Part shown: positions 19,097 through 28,175 of the stretch, in pieces
Numbering within the stretch: position 1 is the stretch's first letter
How the letters are laid out: every line of letters starts with the position of its first letter
From: Ignavibacteria bacterium
GTDB taxonomy: Bacteria; Elusimicrobiota; Endomicrobiia; PHAN01
DNA: 64,000 nt
Reading direction: 5' to 3'
NCBI GenBank assembly: GCA_041694835.1
Contig: JBGFRZ010000082.1
Location: 1-64,000, forward strand
Program-made: the position numbers and the translations under genes
Notes under the pieces: model-generated
Told to the model about the DNA's origin: nothing
Database searches by the model: none
Seen by the model: the letters and a program-made list of their open reading frames with translations, nothing else

Positions 19097-19657
19097 TTAC
19101 TGCTCTTGTTCAAGCAAAAGACTGCCTTCTGGCGGTGGAGTAAAATCTTCTATCGTCGGAAGCTCGCTTAAATGCTTGAGTCCGAAATACTTTAAAAATT
19201 CGGATGTAGTGCTATACAAAAGAGGGCGGCCAAGCGACTCTTTTCTGCCTACGATTTTTATGAGTTTTCTTTCAAGAAGTGTTTCAATGACACCGCCGGA
19301 CTCAACGCCTCTTATCTGCTCTATGTCGAGGCGCGTTATAGGCTGGCGGTATGCTATGATTGAAAGCGCCTCAAGAGCGGGGGGCGACAACTTCAGTCTC
19401 GTTTTTTCCTTATACAATTTTTTTACCAAAACCGAATACCCGGGCTTTGTCGCAAACTGAAAACCTCCGGCGACTTCTTTTATTTCAATAGGAGAGTTGC
19501 GGCTTTTAAGTTCTTCAGAGATATTGCCTATGGCGATCTTTACATCTTCTTCCGTTATATCTTGGCCGATTACTTCTTTAATCTTTGAAATTGAAACGGG
19601 CTTGTCCGTAATAAACAAAATCACTTCAACCGCTTTTAAGAACTCTTGAAATTCCAT
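19097..19657 (-). CDS. scpB: SMC-Scp complex subunit ScpB
   Basis: ALEALSIIAYRQPITR, IRGV, GRPLLYSTT..FL..FGL. Confidence 0.95.
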   Translation of the reverse strand: MEFQEFLKAVEVILFITDKPVSISKIKEVIGQDITEEDVKIAIGNISEELKSRNSPIEIKEVAGGFQFATKPGYSVLVKKLYKEKTRLKLSPPALEALSIIAYRQPITRLDIEQIRGVESGGVIETLLERKLIKIVGRKESLGRPLLYSTTSEFLKYFGLKHLSELPTIEDFTPPPEGSLLLEQEQ

Positions 19658-19898
19658 AATCCGATACTCAATTTTACCCGTATTTGTTCCTGCCCACGGA
19701 ATGTTTCCCCACTGATAATTTCTTCAACCTTTTTGCTTCCTGATGGAATAGTTGAATTAAAAGAAGAAACAGTATAAGAATCGCTGTCCTTCAATTCAAT
19801 TAACTCTCCGCCCGTGAAGATTTTTCTGCATAAGTTTCTTAAAAAGTTGTTTTTAAAGAACTTGTAATCCAGGTCAGAAGTGAATTGCGCAGATATAA

Positions 19899-20600
19899 TT
19901 ATTCGGGTTTATATTCTATCAAATAAAGGCGGATTTCTCCAAAACTCTCTTTCTGCCTGGCTATAACCTGACTCAATCTTATAAGCTCGAGCACCGCAAG
20001 GAAACAGACCGCGATACCCATCCTTGTTTTTTCCTTTAAGAGTATCTCCGTAAAAGAAATAAATTTTTTTTCTTGTATCGCTTCAAGTATCTCGGCTATT
20101 TTTCTTTCTGTCGGAATCTCTTCATAGACTATCTTTTTGACGTCATCGGGCAAAACCTTTATCGCATTTTTGAAAGTGTCAAGGAGATCAAAAAGAGAGA
20201 CATCGAGAGTGTAGTCATCGGAGGAAAATTCGGGACGTCCCCTATAGAAAACATCCTTGTTTTTTTCTTCGTATGAGGACAATATCCCCGCTATCTCCTT
20301 GTACTTCTGGTATTCCGTCAGTTTGTCTTTCAAGTCGCCAATAAACTTCTCGGCCTCGGCTTTTGCTTCTTCCGAAGGAAGCATAGAACGGGCCTTTATC
20401 TCAAGAAGGGTCGAAGCCATCACCAGAAACTCGCCAGCCAGATCCAGATTTAATTCCTTCATCAAATTGAAATAATCAAGAAACTCGCCGGTGATGTGCG
20501 ATATCTTTATATCCTTTATCTCAAGGTCGTTTTTTTTTATAAGGTGGAGCAGAAGATCTAGTGGGCCTTCGAATATTGGTATGTGAACTTCGTATGACAT
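19899..20600 (-). CDS. scpA: Segregation/condensation protein A (kleisin)
   Basis: FEGPLDLLLHLI, FLAVLEL. Confidence 0.95.
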   Translation of the reverse strand: MSYEVHIPIFEGPLDLLLHLIKKNDLEIKDIKISHITGEFLDYFNLMKELNLDLAGEFLVMASTLLEIKARSMLPSEEAKAEAEKFIGDLKDKLTEYQKYKEIAGILSSYEEKNKDVFYRGRPEFSSDDYTLDVSLFDLLDTFKNAIKVLPDDVKKIVYEEIPTERKIAEILEAIQEKKFISFTEILLKEKTRMGIAVCFLAVLELIRLSQVIARQKESFGEIRLYLIEYKPE

Positions 20601-20604
20601 ATTC

Positions 20605-20836
20605 AGTAGATATGGAATTTATGAGTTGTGGAATTCGGGAATTGTGGAGATTGCTTGTGGCTCGATGCTCGCTCCGTTAGAAATAGCAGAGTTCGCAAGT
20701 AGAAACCAAAAGTTTCAGTGAACTTGCACCCATCAAAGATTTCTAATGGGGCTCGTGACTCGCGGTTAGTTTCCTCCATCCACCAGCCACTAACCACCAG
20801 GCACTTTTTTAACTCTCTAACTCTTAAACTCTCTCC
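20605..20836. repeat. Intergenic mosaic of degenerate 7/8-mer tandem repeats
   Basis: GGAATTGT-like, GCTCGTG-like, CCACCAG/CCACTAA and TAACTCTC-like runs. Confidence 0.6.
20671..20752. mobile_element. MITE family C, short copy (82 bp)
   Basis: GCTCCGTTAGAAAT / ATTTCTAATGGGGC ends flanked by TC on both sides; inserted in a heptamer run. Confidence 0.7.
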
Positions 20837-20837
20837 T

Positions 20838-21812
20838 TCAGGACACTCCGAGGACTTTTTTTACTTCTGAGATTGTTTGATTGGCAATTTTTCTCGCCTT
20901 TGTCGCGCCGATGTCCAGTAATTCTGTGATTTTTTTATCATCTATTTGTTTTCTCTTTTCCCTTATGGGGTTCAATTTCGATTCGAGGTATTCAAGAAGA
21001 GCCTTTTTGCAGGCGACACAACCGATTTTCCCCCGTTTGCATTCGTCTTCCCTTTTTCTACAGTCAGGGTTGAACATCTTGTGGAACGAAAAAACCACGC
21101 AACCTTCGGGATGTCCCAAATCGTCCACCTTTATCTTCAGCGGATCGGTGAACATAGACCTGATTTTTTGCTCCAAAACATTTTTTTCGTCTGAAAGCAA
21201 TATCGTGTTGTTATACGATTTCGACATCTTTCTGCCGTCGGTGCCAGGAACTTTTGGAACTTCAGTTATAAGCGATTTCGGCTCGGGGAAAATTTTTTTG
21301 TAAAGCGAGTTGAATCTTCTGGCTATCTCGCGAGTCATTTCGATGTGTGGGAGCTGGTCCTCTCCAACCGGAACAGCGGTCGCCTTATAGAGCAGTATAT
21401 CGGCGGCCTGAAGAAGAGGGTATCCTAAAAATCCATAAGTGTGAAGTTCCCTGTCTTTGAGTTCTTTAATCTGCTCTTTGTATGTGGGACATCGGGAAAG
21501 CCATCCGAGAGGGGTTATCATAGATAAATACAAGTGAAGCTCTGAGTGTTGTGGCATATCGGATTGCCTGAAAACAACGGATATTCCGGGGGCTATCCCA
21601 CAAGAAATCCAGTCGCGAACAATTTCGATGGTATTTTTTGAAAGTTCGTTCGGATTTTCGTATTCGGTTGTGAGGGCGTGTATATCGGCGACCATAAAAA
21701 AGCAGTCATATTCGCTCTGAAGTGTAATCCAGTTGTTTAACACTCCTACAAGATGACCGATATGGAGGGAACCCGTGGGACGCATCCCGGAAAGAATTGT
21801 TCCTTTAGACAT
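20838..21812 (-). CDS. trpS: Tryptophan--tRNA ligase
   Basis: SGMRPTG, HIGH, YPLLQAADIL, VPVGEDQ, KMSKS. Confidence 0.97.
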   Translation of the reverse strand: MSKGTILSGMRPTGSLHIGHLVGVLNNWITLQSEYDCFFMVADIHALTTEYENPNELSKNTIEIVRDWISCGIAPGISVVFRQSDMPQHSELHLYLSMITPLGWLSRCPTYKEQIKELKDRELHTYGFLGYPLLQAADILLYKATAVPVGEDQLPHIEMTREIARRFNSLYKKIFPEPKSLITEVPKVPGTDGRKMSKSYNNTILLSDEKNVLEQKIRSMFTDPLKIKVDDLGHPEGCVVFSFHKMFNPDCRKREDECKRGKIGCVACKKALLEYLESKLNPIREKRKQIDDKKITELLDIGATKARKIANQTISEVKKVLGVS

Positions 21813-22431
21813 AAAACGGAGCGCCTATCAAATTTCTAACTATGAAATTTACTATCGGCATTAAAAGTCGCCATAATGTGCCGGTCGCCATCAAAAACAT
21901 TATTATAAAAATGCCGTATGGTTCGAGTTTCATATACTCGTGGCTCAAGCTTGGCGGTAAAATAGCGGCGACAACACGGGAGCCGTCGAGCGGAGGAATT
22001 GGAACAAGATTAAAAATCGGCAGAAGAACATTTATTACCACAGCGTACAAAAGAAATTGATGCAAAATCATATCTGACATGCCCACAAAGTCAAGCACAT
22101 AAATCACGAATGCGCATAAGACAGCGAGAAGAATATTTGAAAGAGGTCCTGCAACGCTTACGAATTTCATGTCCCTTGTAGGGTCATTCAACCTATAAGG
22201 ATTTACCGGAACCGGTTTCGCCCATGCGAAAAGAAAAGGAGCTCCGCTCAATATTAAAAACAACGGTAATAATATTGAACCAAAAAAATCCAGATGCGGA
22301 ATCGGGTTGAATGTGAGCCGACCCATTATTCTTGCGGTGTCGTCGCCCCTTCTTTCAGCCATCCATCCGTGAGCATATTCATGAAGAATCACCGAAAAAA
22401 TGAGAATCGGTATCTGATATATCAAATACAT
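21805..22431 (-). CDS. Site-2 protease (peptidase M50)
   Basis: HEYAH, AGPLSN, FNLVPIPPLDG. Confidence 0.93.
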   Translation of the reverse strand: MYLIYQIPILIFSVILHEYAHGWMAERRGDDTARIMGRLTFNPIPHLDFFGSILLPLFLILSGAPFLFAWAKPVPVNPYRLNDPTRDMKFVSVAGPLSNILLAVLCAFVIYVLDFVGMSDMILHQFLLYAVVINVLLPIFNLVPIPPLDGSRVVAAILPPSLSHEYMKLEPYGIFIIMFLMATGTLWRLLMPIVNFIVRNLIGAPFYV

Positions 22432-22447
22432 AATTTAAGTTAAACGC

Positions 22448-22501
22448 GAGAGCATTGAAAAATTCATCTCTTTCAGTCCGTGGCGGTTTTTCAATGCTCC
22501 A
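22448..22501. mobile_element. Minimal element or remnant with A-type TIRs
   Basis: GAGCATTGAAAAA / TTTTTCAATGCTC perfect 13-bp inverted repeat; no target duplication visible. Confidence 0.5.
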
Positions 22502-22530
22502 ATTATATCTTTTTAGGAAGGAGAATACAA
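22502..22530 (-). promoter_or_regulatory. Putative sigma70 promoter of the S2P-trpS-scpAB genes
   Basis: TTGTAT-17 bp-TATAAT on minus strand. Confidence 0.55.
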
Positions 22531-22556
22531 ATTATTTTGTTTGTAAAATCGAAACT

Positions 22557-23414
22557 TTAATATGGGAGTCCTGATTTCAATTTGCGCGAGAACTGATACT
22601 TGTTAAGGAATTTCTCCGGGTCGTTTATCGTCTTCAGCAATTCTCTCAATTTATTTTTCAAAGTTTTCTCTTTGAAATTTTTTATCTTCTCTGCTGAAAC
22701 TTCAGGAAAAAATCTCGCCGACATGTCCAAATCTTCGAGCTTCTTAAATATTTCATGCGGTTTTTTTTCTCCGAGTATGGCAATCAACTCTTTTCCCGCG
22801 CGAGCGCTTGAGAGTTTTTCGATTACTCCGAAAGATGCTGCTTTTTCCATATAATTCTTTGTTTTTTGTTCTATCTCGAAATTGAAACGGCATGCAAATC
22901 TGACTGCACGGATTATCCTCGTGGGATCATCGATAAAACTCTTCTCGTGCAGAACTCTGAGCAGTCCTTTTTTTAAATCTTCCAATCCTCCGTAATAATC
23001 AATTATCATCCCGGAGGCGGGCTTACAACATCCGTCCTCAAGTTTTATCGCCATAGCATTTATCGTAAAATCCCTTCTGGATAGATCTTTTTTTAACGAA
23101 ACGCCGAGGTTTACCCTGGGAAGTGCCGCAGGGGATATGTATGTCTCGCTACGGGATGTGGCGAAGTCGATTCTTGTTCCGTCGGTGAATTCGAAAATAT
23201 ACGTTCCAAATTGTTCATGGCGAGTGAAATTCGAGGCTGTTTTTGTTTTCAACTCCTTTGTCAACTTTTCAGGAGAACCGACTACAACTATATCCGCATC
23301 CTTTGTTTTTATTCCAAGCAGACGGTCTCTGACATATCCGCCGACAATATAGGCATGGGTTTTTGTTTCGGTGGTCAATCTGGAAATCAGCTTGAGTTTG
23401 TTTTCAAGAGACAT
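22557..23414 (-). CDS. CCA/poly(A) polymerase family tRNA nucleotidyltransferase
   Basis: VGGYVRD, DADIV, DLSRRDFTINAMA, DDPTRIIRAVRF; start moved to ATG 23414 (MSLENK). Confidence 0.9.
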   Translation of the reverse strand: MSLENKLKLISRLTTETKTHAYIVGGYVRDRLLGIKTKDADIVVVGSPEKLTKELKTKTASNFTRHEQFGTYIFEFTDGTRIDFATSRSETYISPAALPRVNLGVSLKKDLSRRDFTINAMAIKLEDGCCKPASGMIIDYYGGLEDLKKGLLRVLHEKSFIDDPTRIIRAVRFACRFNFEIEQKTKNYMEKAASFGVIEKLSSARAGKELIAILGEKKPHEIFKKLEDLDMSARFFPEVSAEKIKNFKEKTLKNKLRELLKTINDPEKFLNKYQFSRKLKSGLPY

Positions 23415-23430
23415 GTTTTTCAGAAGGAAA

Positions 23431-23450
23431 ATTCGAACATTTGTTCGAAT
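23431..23450. promoter_or_regulatory. Palindrome ATTCGAAC-ATTT-GTTCGAAT (GAAC-N4-GTTC, LexA-box-like), copy 1
   Basis: Identical 18-bp core at 44656 and 52043. Confidence 0.55.
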
Positions 23451-23617
23451 CTTTAAACAATAATTTTTTTGGAGGGGGTTGGGTCTGTTTTTAATTCTGA
23501 AAACCAAAAATACCGACACGACCAACACCGCCGGGGCAGGGCACAACCCACTTCGGCAGAAATTCTTTTACAATAAAAGAAGCATTATCCCTCTAATAAA
23601 ACTCGTCGATACGCCTC

Positions 23618-24556
23618 TCATTTGAATTTGTCGCCCGCTTTAAGTCTTGCCCCCTGCATATATTCCCATGCGGACATCCTTTTTTTATTCTCGGGACGGA
23701 CTTCAAGAATCTTTAAATATCCTTTTTTACATTTTACCAAAAATCCTTCGTTTTTTACAATCTCAACTACCTGGCCAGCCACAGCGACGGCATGTTTGTC
23801 GCTTACGTCCAATGACTCTGATTTAAAAATTTTTACAACGTTGCCGGCAGGCGCTATCGCATATGCGACAGGCCAGTTTATAATCCCTCTTATAAGATTA
23901 TGAATCTCTAAAGACGACTTGTCCCAGTTTATCCTGCCATCCTCCTTCCTCAATATGGGGGCATAACTCTCTATCCCCGACTGCTTCTTTATTTTTAAAT
24001 TGTCAAAGAATATTGCGTCAAAAGCATCATCAAGCAGTTCTTTCCCCAAAGTCAAAAGTTTCTCCTCTAACGTTATGGCGTCGTCATCGCTTGATATTCC
24101 AATTTCCCTCTGGAGTATTATATCACCCGTATCAAGACCGCTTTCTATGAAAAAAACTGTGACGCCGGTTTTTTTTTCACCGTTTATAATAGCCCTTTGT
24201 ATCGGAGCGGCGCCTCTGTATTTAGGTAGAAGTGAAAAGTGAACATTTATGCAGCCGTGTTCAGGAATTTTAAAAACGTCTTCCGGGATTATCTTACCAT
24301 AAGAAACAACGACAAAAAGTTGAGAGCCGAGAGTTGAGAGATGAGCGATAAAACCATCATCTTTTAAGTTTTTCGGCGTAAAAACTTTTAAATTATTTTT
24401 GAGCGCAAATTCTTTTACGGGCGACGCCTGCAAGGATAATCCGCGGCCAGCCGGTCTGTCGGGAGAAGTTACGACGCCGACAACTTCCTCTTTTCGAAGA
24501 ATATGTTCGAGAAAAATCCTCGATATATTCGGTGTGCCGAAAAAAACTATTTTCAT
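23618..24556 (-). CDS. fmt: Methionyl-tRNA formyltransferase
   Basis: FFGTP, PDRPAGRG, INVHFSLLPKYRGAAPI. Confidence 0.97.
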   Translation of the reverse strand: MKIVFFGTPNISRIFLEHILRKEEVVGVVTSPDRPAGRGLSLQASPVKEFALKNNLKVFTPKNLKDDGFIAHLSTLGSQLFVVVSYGKIIPEDVFKIPEHGCINVHFSLLPKYRGAAPIQRAIINGEKKTGVTVFFIESGLDTGDIILQREIGISSDDDAITLEEKLLTLGKELLDDAFDAIFFDNLKIKKQSGIESYAPILRKEDGRINWDKSSLEIHNLIRGIINWPVAYAIAPAGNVVKIFKSESLDVSDKHAVAVAGQVVEIVKNEGFLVKCKKGYLKILEVRPENKKRMSAWEYMQGARLKAGDKFK

Positions 24557-24600
24557 TATACGCCATAAGAGAATACAAAACGAAAAAATTCGCTAAAAAT

Positions 24601-25101
24601 TTACTTATTCGCTTTTTTTTTGTATTCTCTGAATACCTTGATTCTCTGAATCACGGGCAAGCGAGCAAGAAAAACAATACCGTTGATGTGATCCAATTCA
24701 TGCTGTATCGCACGACTCAAAAGTCCGGTGGCTTCGAAATCAACGGGAAGGCCATCAACATTAAGGGCGGCGACATTGATTTTATTGAATCTTTTCACCG
24801 ATGCCGTTATTCCCGGAAAAGAGAGACACCCTTCCTCCATAAACTCTTTTCCATCTTTTTTCTTTATCTCGGGGTTTATCAGAACGATGGGGTTGTTTTT
24901 TTCTCCGTCTCTTATATCAACAACGCAAAGCCTCAGATTTTTTCCTACCTGATTGGCGGCGAGGCCGACTCCCTGATTTTCGTACATCGTCTCGAACATA
25001 TCTTCTATCAAACTCTTTATTTCAGGCGTAATCTCTTTGACGGGAGAGCACTTTCTCTTGAGGATTTTTTCAGGATATCTCAATATATTCAATTTCGCCA
25101 T
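24601..25101 (-). CDS. def: Peptide deformylase
   Basis: GVGLAANQ, EGCLS, QHELDH. Confidence 0.97.
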   Translation of the reverse strand: MAKLNILRYPEKILKRKCSPVKEITPEIKSLIEDMFETMYENQGVGLAANQVGKNLRLCVVDIRDGEKNNPIVLINPEIKKKDGKEFMEEGCLSFPGITASVKRFNKINVAALNVDGLPVDFEATGLLSRAIQHELDHINGIVFLARLPVIQRIKVFREYKKKANK

Positions 25102-26009
25102 AACCTATAATTCCTGATAGCAAATTTCACAGCTTCTATCATCGCCGATGGATTCGCAAGATTTTTTCCGGCTATGTCGAAGGCTGTGCCATGGCCGGGA
25201 GATGTCCTCAAAAACGGGAGACCGAGCGTCACATTCACAATCCTGTTGGGGTGCGTCACCTTAAGAGGGAGCATAGCCTGATCATGATACATCGCTACAC
25301 AAAAATCGAAACAACCTTTTGACATCTTCAAAAAAGCGACATCAGGCGGCATAGGGCCCAATATTTTTACCTTTTCCTTTTCAATCACTCTTATGGCGGG
25401 CTCTATTATTTTTTTCTCCTCACCGCCTATGATTCCACCGTCTGAAGCGTGAGGATTAAGGGAACAGACAGCTATTTTGATATCTCTTCCGAAGTACTCC
25501 AAAAGAAGTTTTACCGCGCTGACAATTTTTTTAACCGAAATATTTTTCGGAACATCTGAAATCGGTATATGCCTTGTTAAAAGCATCGATTTCATTTTCC
25601 CTGCGACCATAATCATCTCGACTTCTGGCGAAGTTGTAAGATCTTTCAACATCTCAGTGTGACCATGATATTTTATACCTGCTAATCGCAGCGAAACTTT
25701 GGAGACCGGGGCGGTGACAACGGCATCGACCTTTTTTTCGATAGCAAGTTTGACGGCAGCCTTGATGAAATCGTAAGAAGCCAAACCTGCTGAGGCGGAC
25801 GGGCGGCCGGGGCTTGTTTTTTTTAGATTGCAAGGGATATTCAGGAATTCAACATTTGGTATGCGGGCTTTTAGAAATTTTTCGTCCCCCACGACGATGA
25901 TTTTCGCAAGTTCTGTTATACTTTTTTCTTTAATGGCTTTAAGCGTAATCTCGGGACCTATGCCAAAAACGTCGCCGATTGTTATCGCTATTCTCGGCTT
26001 TATTGACAT
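25089..26009 (-). CDS. pdxA: 4-hydroxythreonine-4-phosphate dehydrogenase PdxA
   Basis: GIGPEI, GHTE, LNPHA, MYHDQ, RTSPGHGTAFDIAG. Confidence 0.93.
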   Translation of the reverse strand: MSIKPRIAITIGDVFGIGPEITLKAIKEKSITELAKIIVVGDEKFLKARIPNVEFLNIPCNLKKTSPGRPSASAGLASYDFIKAAVKLAIEKKVDAVVTAPVSKVSLRLAGIKYHGHTEMLKDLTTSPEVEMIMVAGKMKSMLLTRHIPISDVPKNISVKKIVSAVKLLLEYFGRDIKIAVCSLNPHASDGGIIGGEEKKIIEPAIRVIEKEKVKILGPMPPDVAFLKMSKGCFDFCVAMYHDQAMLPLKVTHPNRIVNVTLGLPFLRTSPGHGTAFDIAGKNLANPSAMIEAVKFAIRNYRLWRN

Positions 26010-27088
26010 TAAAACGGATTTATTTTGATATTCGATTTTTTTCTAAGCGTAGCCAGGTATTCTTCGTATTTTTTTGTGGCGTTTTTCTGCGTAAGATAAT
26101 CGAGCAAGTCGTTTTTCACATCCTCATAACCGAGATCTTTGCCGACTCTCCTTTCCTCAACGAATATCAGATGATATCCGAAATCGGTAAGAACAGGCTC
26201 CGATACTTTCCCAACTTCTATGCCAAATGCCACTTTTTCGAATTCGGGCACCATGTCGCCCCTGACAAAATAACCCAGATCGCCGCCATTGTCTTTCGAG
26301 CCGGGATCTTCAGAATAAAGCCGTGCCATCTCAGAAAAACTTTTGCTATCCTTAATTTTTTTTCTTACATCCTTTATTCTTGAAAGAGCCTCGAGCTTCT
26401 CTTTCGGCGCGGCGTCTTTTGCAACCATTATCAGTATATGTCGCGCTCTCACCTTTTCCTGCGATTCCCTTTTTATGAGACGGGCTATCATCTCTATATC
26501 CCTTTCTTCGTCGCTCATCTTATTGATATCGGTGGGGGTTTTTCCGGGGTCATAAATTTTTATTCTTTCAAAAAGTTCCATCGCTTCTTTTTCGGAAGGT
26601 TTTTCAATCTTAGATTTAACCTCCGTTTCAATAAGTCTTATCACTGTCAGTTGCTGCTTTATTTTCTCCTCAAAATTTTTTATCGAAAGACCTTGATTTT
26701 TAATCTCGGCCTGAAACTCTGCCTCGGAACGAAATCTTTTCTTTATCTGTTCAATCCCGTTTTCAAGTTCCCTTTTTGTAACCGCCACCCTCTGCTTTTT
26801 AGCTTCCTGGGAAAGAAGTCTTTGATCTATCATCTCGTCCATCAGACGCTTTTTGAGTTTTTTTTCTTCTTCCTCGTCGAAACCGGGAGATAGTTTTTTA
26901 TAATTGTCCAAGATGGGCCTTGCTATGTTTTCGAGCTCGGAAAGCATAATCGGTTCGTTGTTGACAACCGCTATCGTTTTATCGACAGTTTTCGCCGTTA
27001 AAAACGGCGCCGTAAAAATCAAAAATGACAAAAAGCCAGCGACTACACTTATAGTCCTTCTAGTCCTTCCCACAATTCCAATTTTCAT
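26009..27088 (-). CDS. SurA-like peptidyl-prolyl isomerase
   Basis: Signal peptide, DKTIAVVNNEPI, ARHILI, GGDLGYF, FGYHLI. Confidence 0.88.
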   Translation of the reverse strand: MKIGIVGRTRRTISVVAGFLSFLIFTAPFLTAKTVDKTIAVVNNEPIMLSELENIARPILDNYKKLSPGFDEEEEKKLKKRLMDEMIDQRLLSQEAKKQRVAVTKRELENGIEQIKKRFRSEAEFQAEIKNQGLSIKNFEEKIKQQLTVIRLIETEVKSKIEKPSEKEAMELFERIKIYDPGKTPTDINKMSDEERDIEMIARLIKRESQEKVRARHILIMVAKDAAPKEKLEALSRIKDVRKKIKDSKSFSEMARLYSEDPGSKDNGGDLGYFVRGDMVPEFEKVAFGIEVGKVSEPVLTDFGYHLIFVEERRVGKDLGYEDVKNDLLDYLTQKNATKKYEEYLATLRKKSNIKINPF

Positions 27089-27978
27089 TGAACCTCCTGT
27101 TCCGACAATGTTGCCTTTTCAAGGATATCTTCGTTGATCTTGACTTTCCTCATGGCAATCGTTTTTTTAAGCCAGTCGTCGAATTTAATTTTTATTATCA
27201 TTCTTCTGATATCGGCTTGCGCATCTGCAAGTTTTATTTCCGGTAAAAGCTTCTCGCCGGTCTTCTTTACAATGTGATAGCCGTAATCCGATTTTACCAC
27301 CTCGGAATAATCGCCTATTTTCAGAGATTTGGCGGCTTCTTCCATCTCGGGGGCGAGATCCCCTTTTCGAACATTGCCCAAAAATCCACCTCTCTGAGAG
27401 CTCATAGGATCGCTTGAGTAAGCCGAGGCAATCGATTCAAACGAATCGCCGCGCTTCAATTTCCCAACGACCTCGGCCGCGGTTTTTTCATCTAAAAGTA
27501 ATATATGGCTTATCGACATCTCGACTGGTTTTCTGAAATCTTCTATGTTCTTCTTGTAGTATTCATCTATCTCGCTCTCCGTCGGCACAAGATCTTTCTC
27601 GTTGAGCCTCCTTAAAAAAAGCTCCATCATAAGGTTTTCCTTGAAATCTAAAAGACGTTTTCTCATTTCATCCTCATATTTCTTTAATGTCTCCTTAAAC
27701 TCTTTGGTGCCGGATATTCCCGCCTTCTTTGATTCTTTCAAAACGACTTTTTCCCTTACAATCAAATCTAAAAACTGTTTCTGGCCGCGCTTTGACGAAA
27801 GATACTTCTTGTAAGCGGGAGGCGAGCTTTCAATCCTCTGCATAAATTCACTCAAAGATATCTCATCGCCGGAAATCACCGCCACTACATCTTTTTTTTT
27901 GGCACATCCAACAAACGACACCGATAAAATCAAAGCTGCGGCTAAAAATAAAAAAAATTCTTTTATATTTATTTTCAT
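27085..27978 (-). CDS. PpiC/PrsA-type peptidyl-prolyl isomerase, probable lipoprotein
   Basis: Lipobox-like FVGC; SHILL, GGFLG, YGYHIV; start moved to ATG 27978 preceded by GGAGG. Confidence 0.85.
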   Translation of the reverse strand: MKINIKEFFLFLAAALILSVSFVGCAKKKDVVAVISGDEISLSEFMQRIESSPPAYKKYLSSKRGQKQFLDLIVREKVVLKESKKAGISGTKEFKETLKKYEDEMRKRLLDFKENLMMELFLRRLNEKDLVPTESEIDEYYKKNIEDFRKPVEMSISHILLLDEKTAAEVVGKLKRGDSFESIASAYSSDPMSSQRGGFLGNVRKGDLAPEMEEAAKSLKIGDYSEVVKSDYGYHIVKKTGEKLLPEIKLADAQADIRRMIIKIKFDDWLKKTIAMRKVKINEDILEKATLSEQEVQ

Positions 27979-28010
27979 CGGTTCAGCCTCCAAAGGTTCT
28001 TTCATATTAT

Positions 28011-28175
28011 GAGCTCGTTGAAAAACCTTAATCTTTTGAACGATCTGGCAGTTTCAGGTTAAAAGTTGAAATCGTTTAGACCGCAATGTCTGACGGGCAA
28101 AACAAGGAGTTTCGCGGTCTGATTGAAACTTTTAACCGTTAAGAAACCGCCCTTTATGGGTTTTTCAACAATTTC
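28011..28175. mobile_element. MITE family A, copy 4 (165 bp, 11-bp deletion), overlapping mfd 3' end
   Basis: Matches copies 1-3; flanks ATTAT / ATTGT. Confidence 0.85.

Noticed and set aside
22557-23546. Long N-terminal extensions in the track (CCA 23546, upp 39407, wecA-like 40059, wecB 41018, DUF4416 49591)
   Set aside because: The extensions lie in upstream genes or repeats; downstream ATGs match family N-termini.
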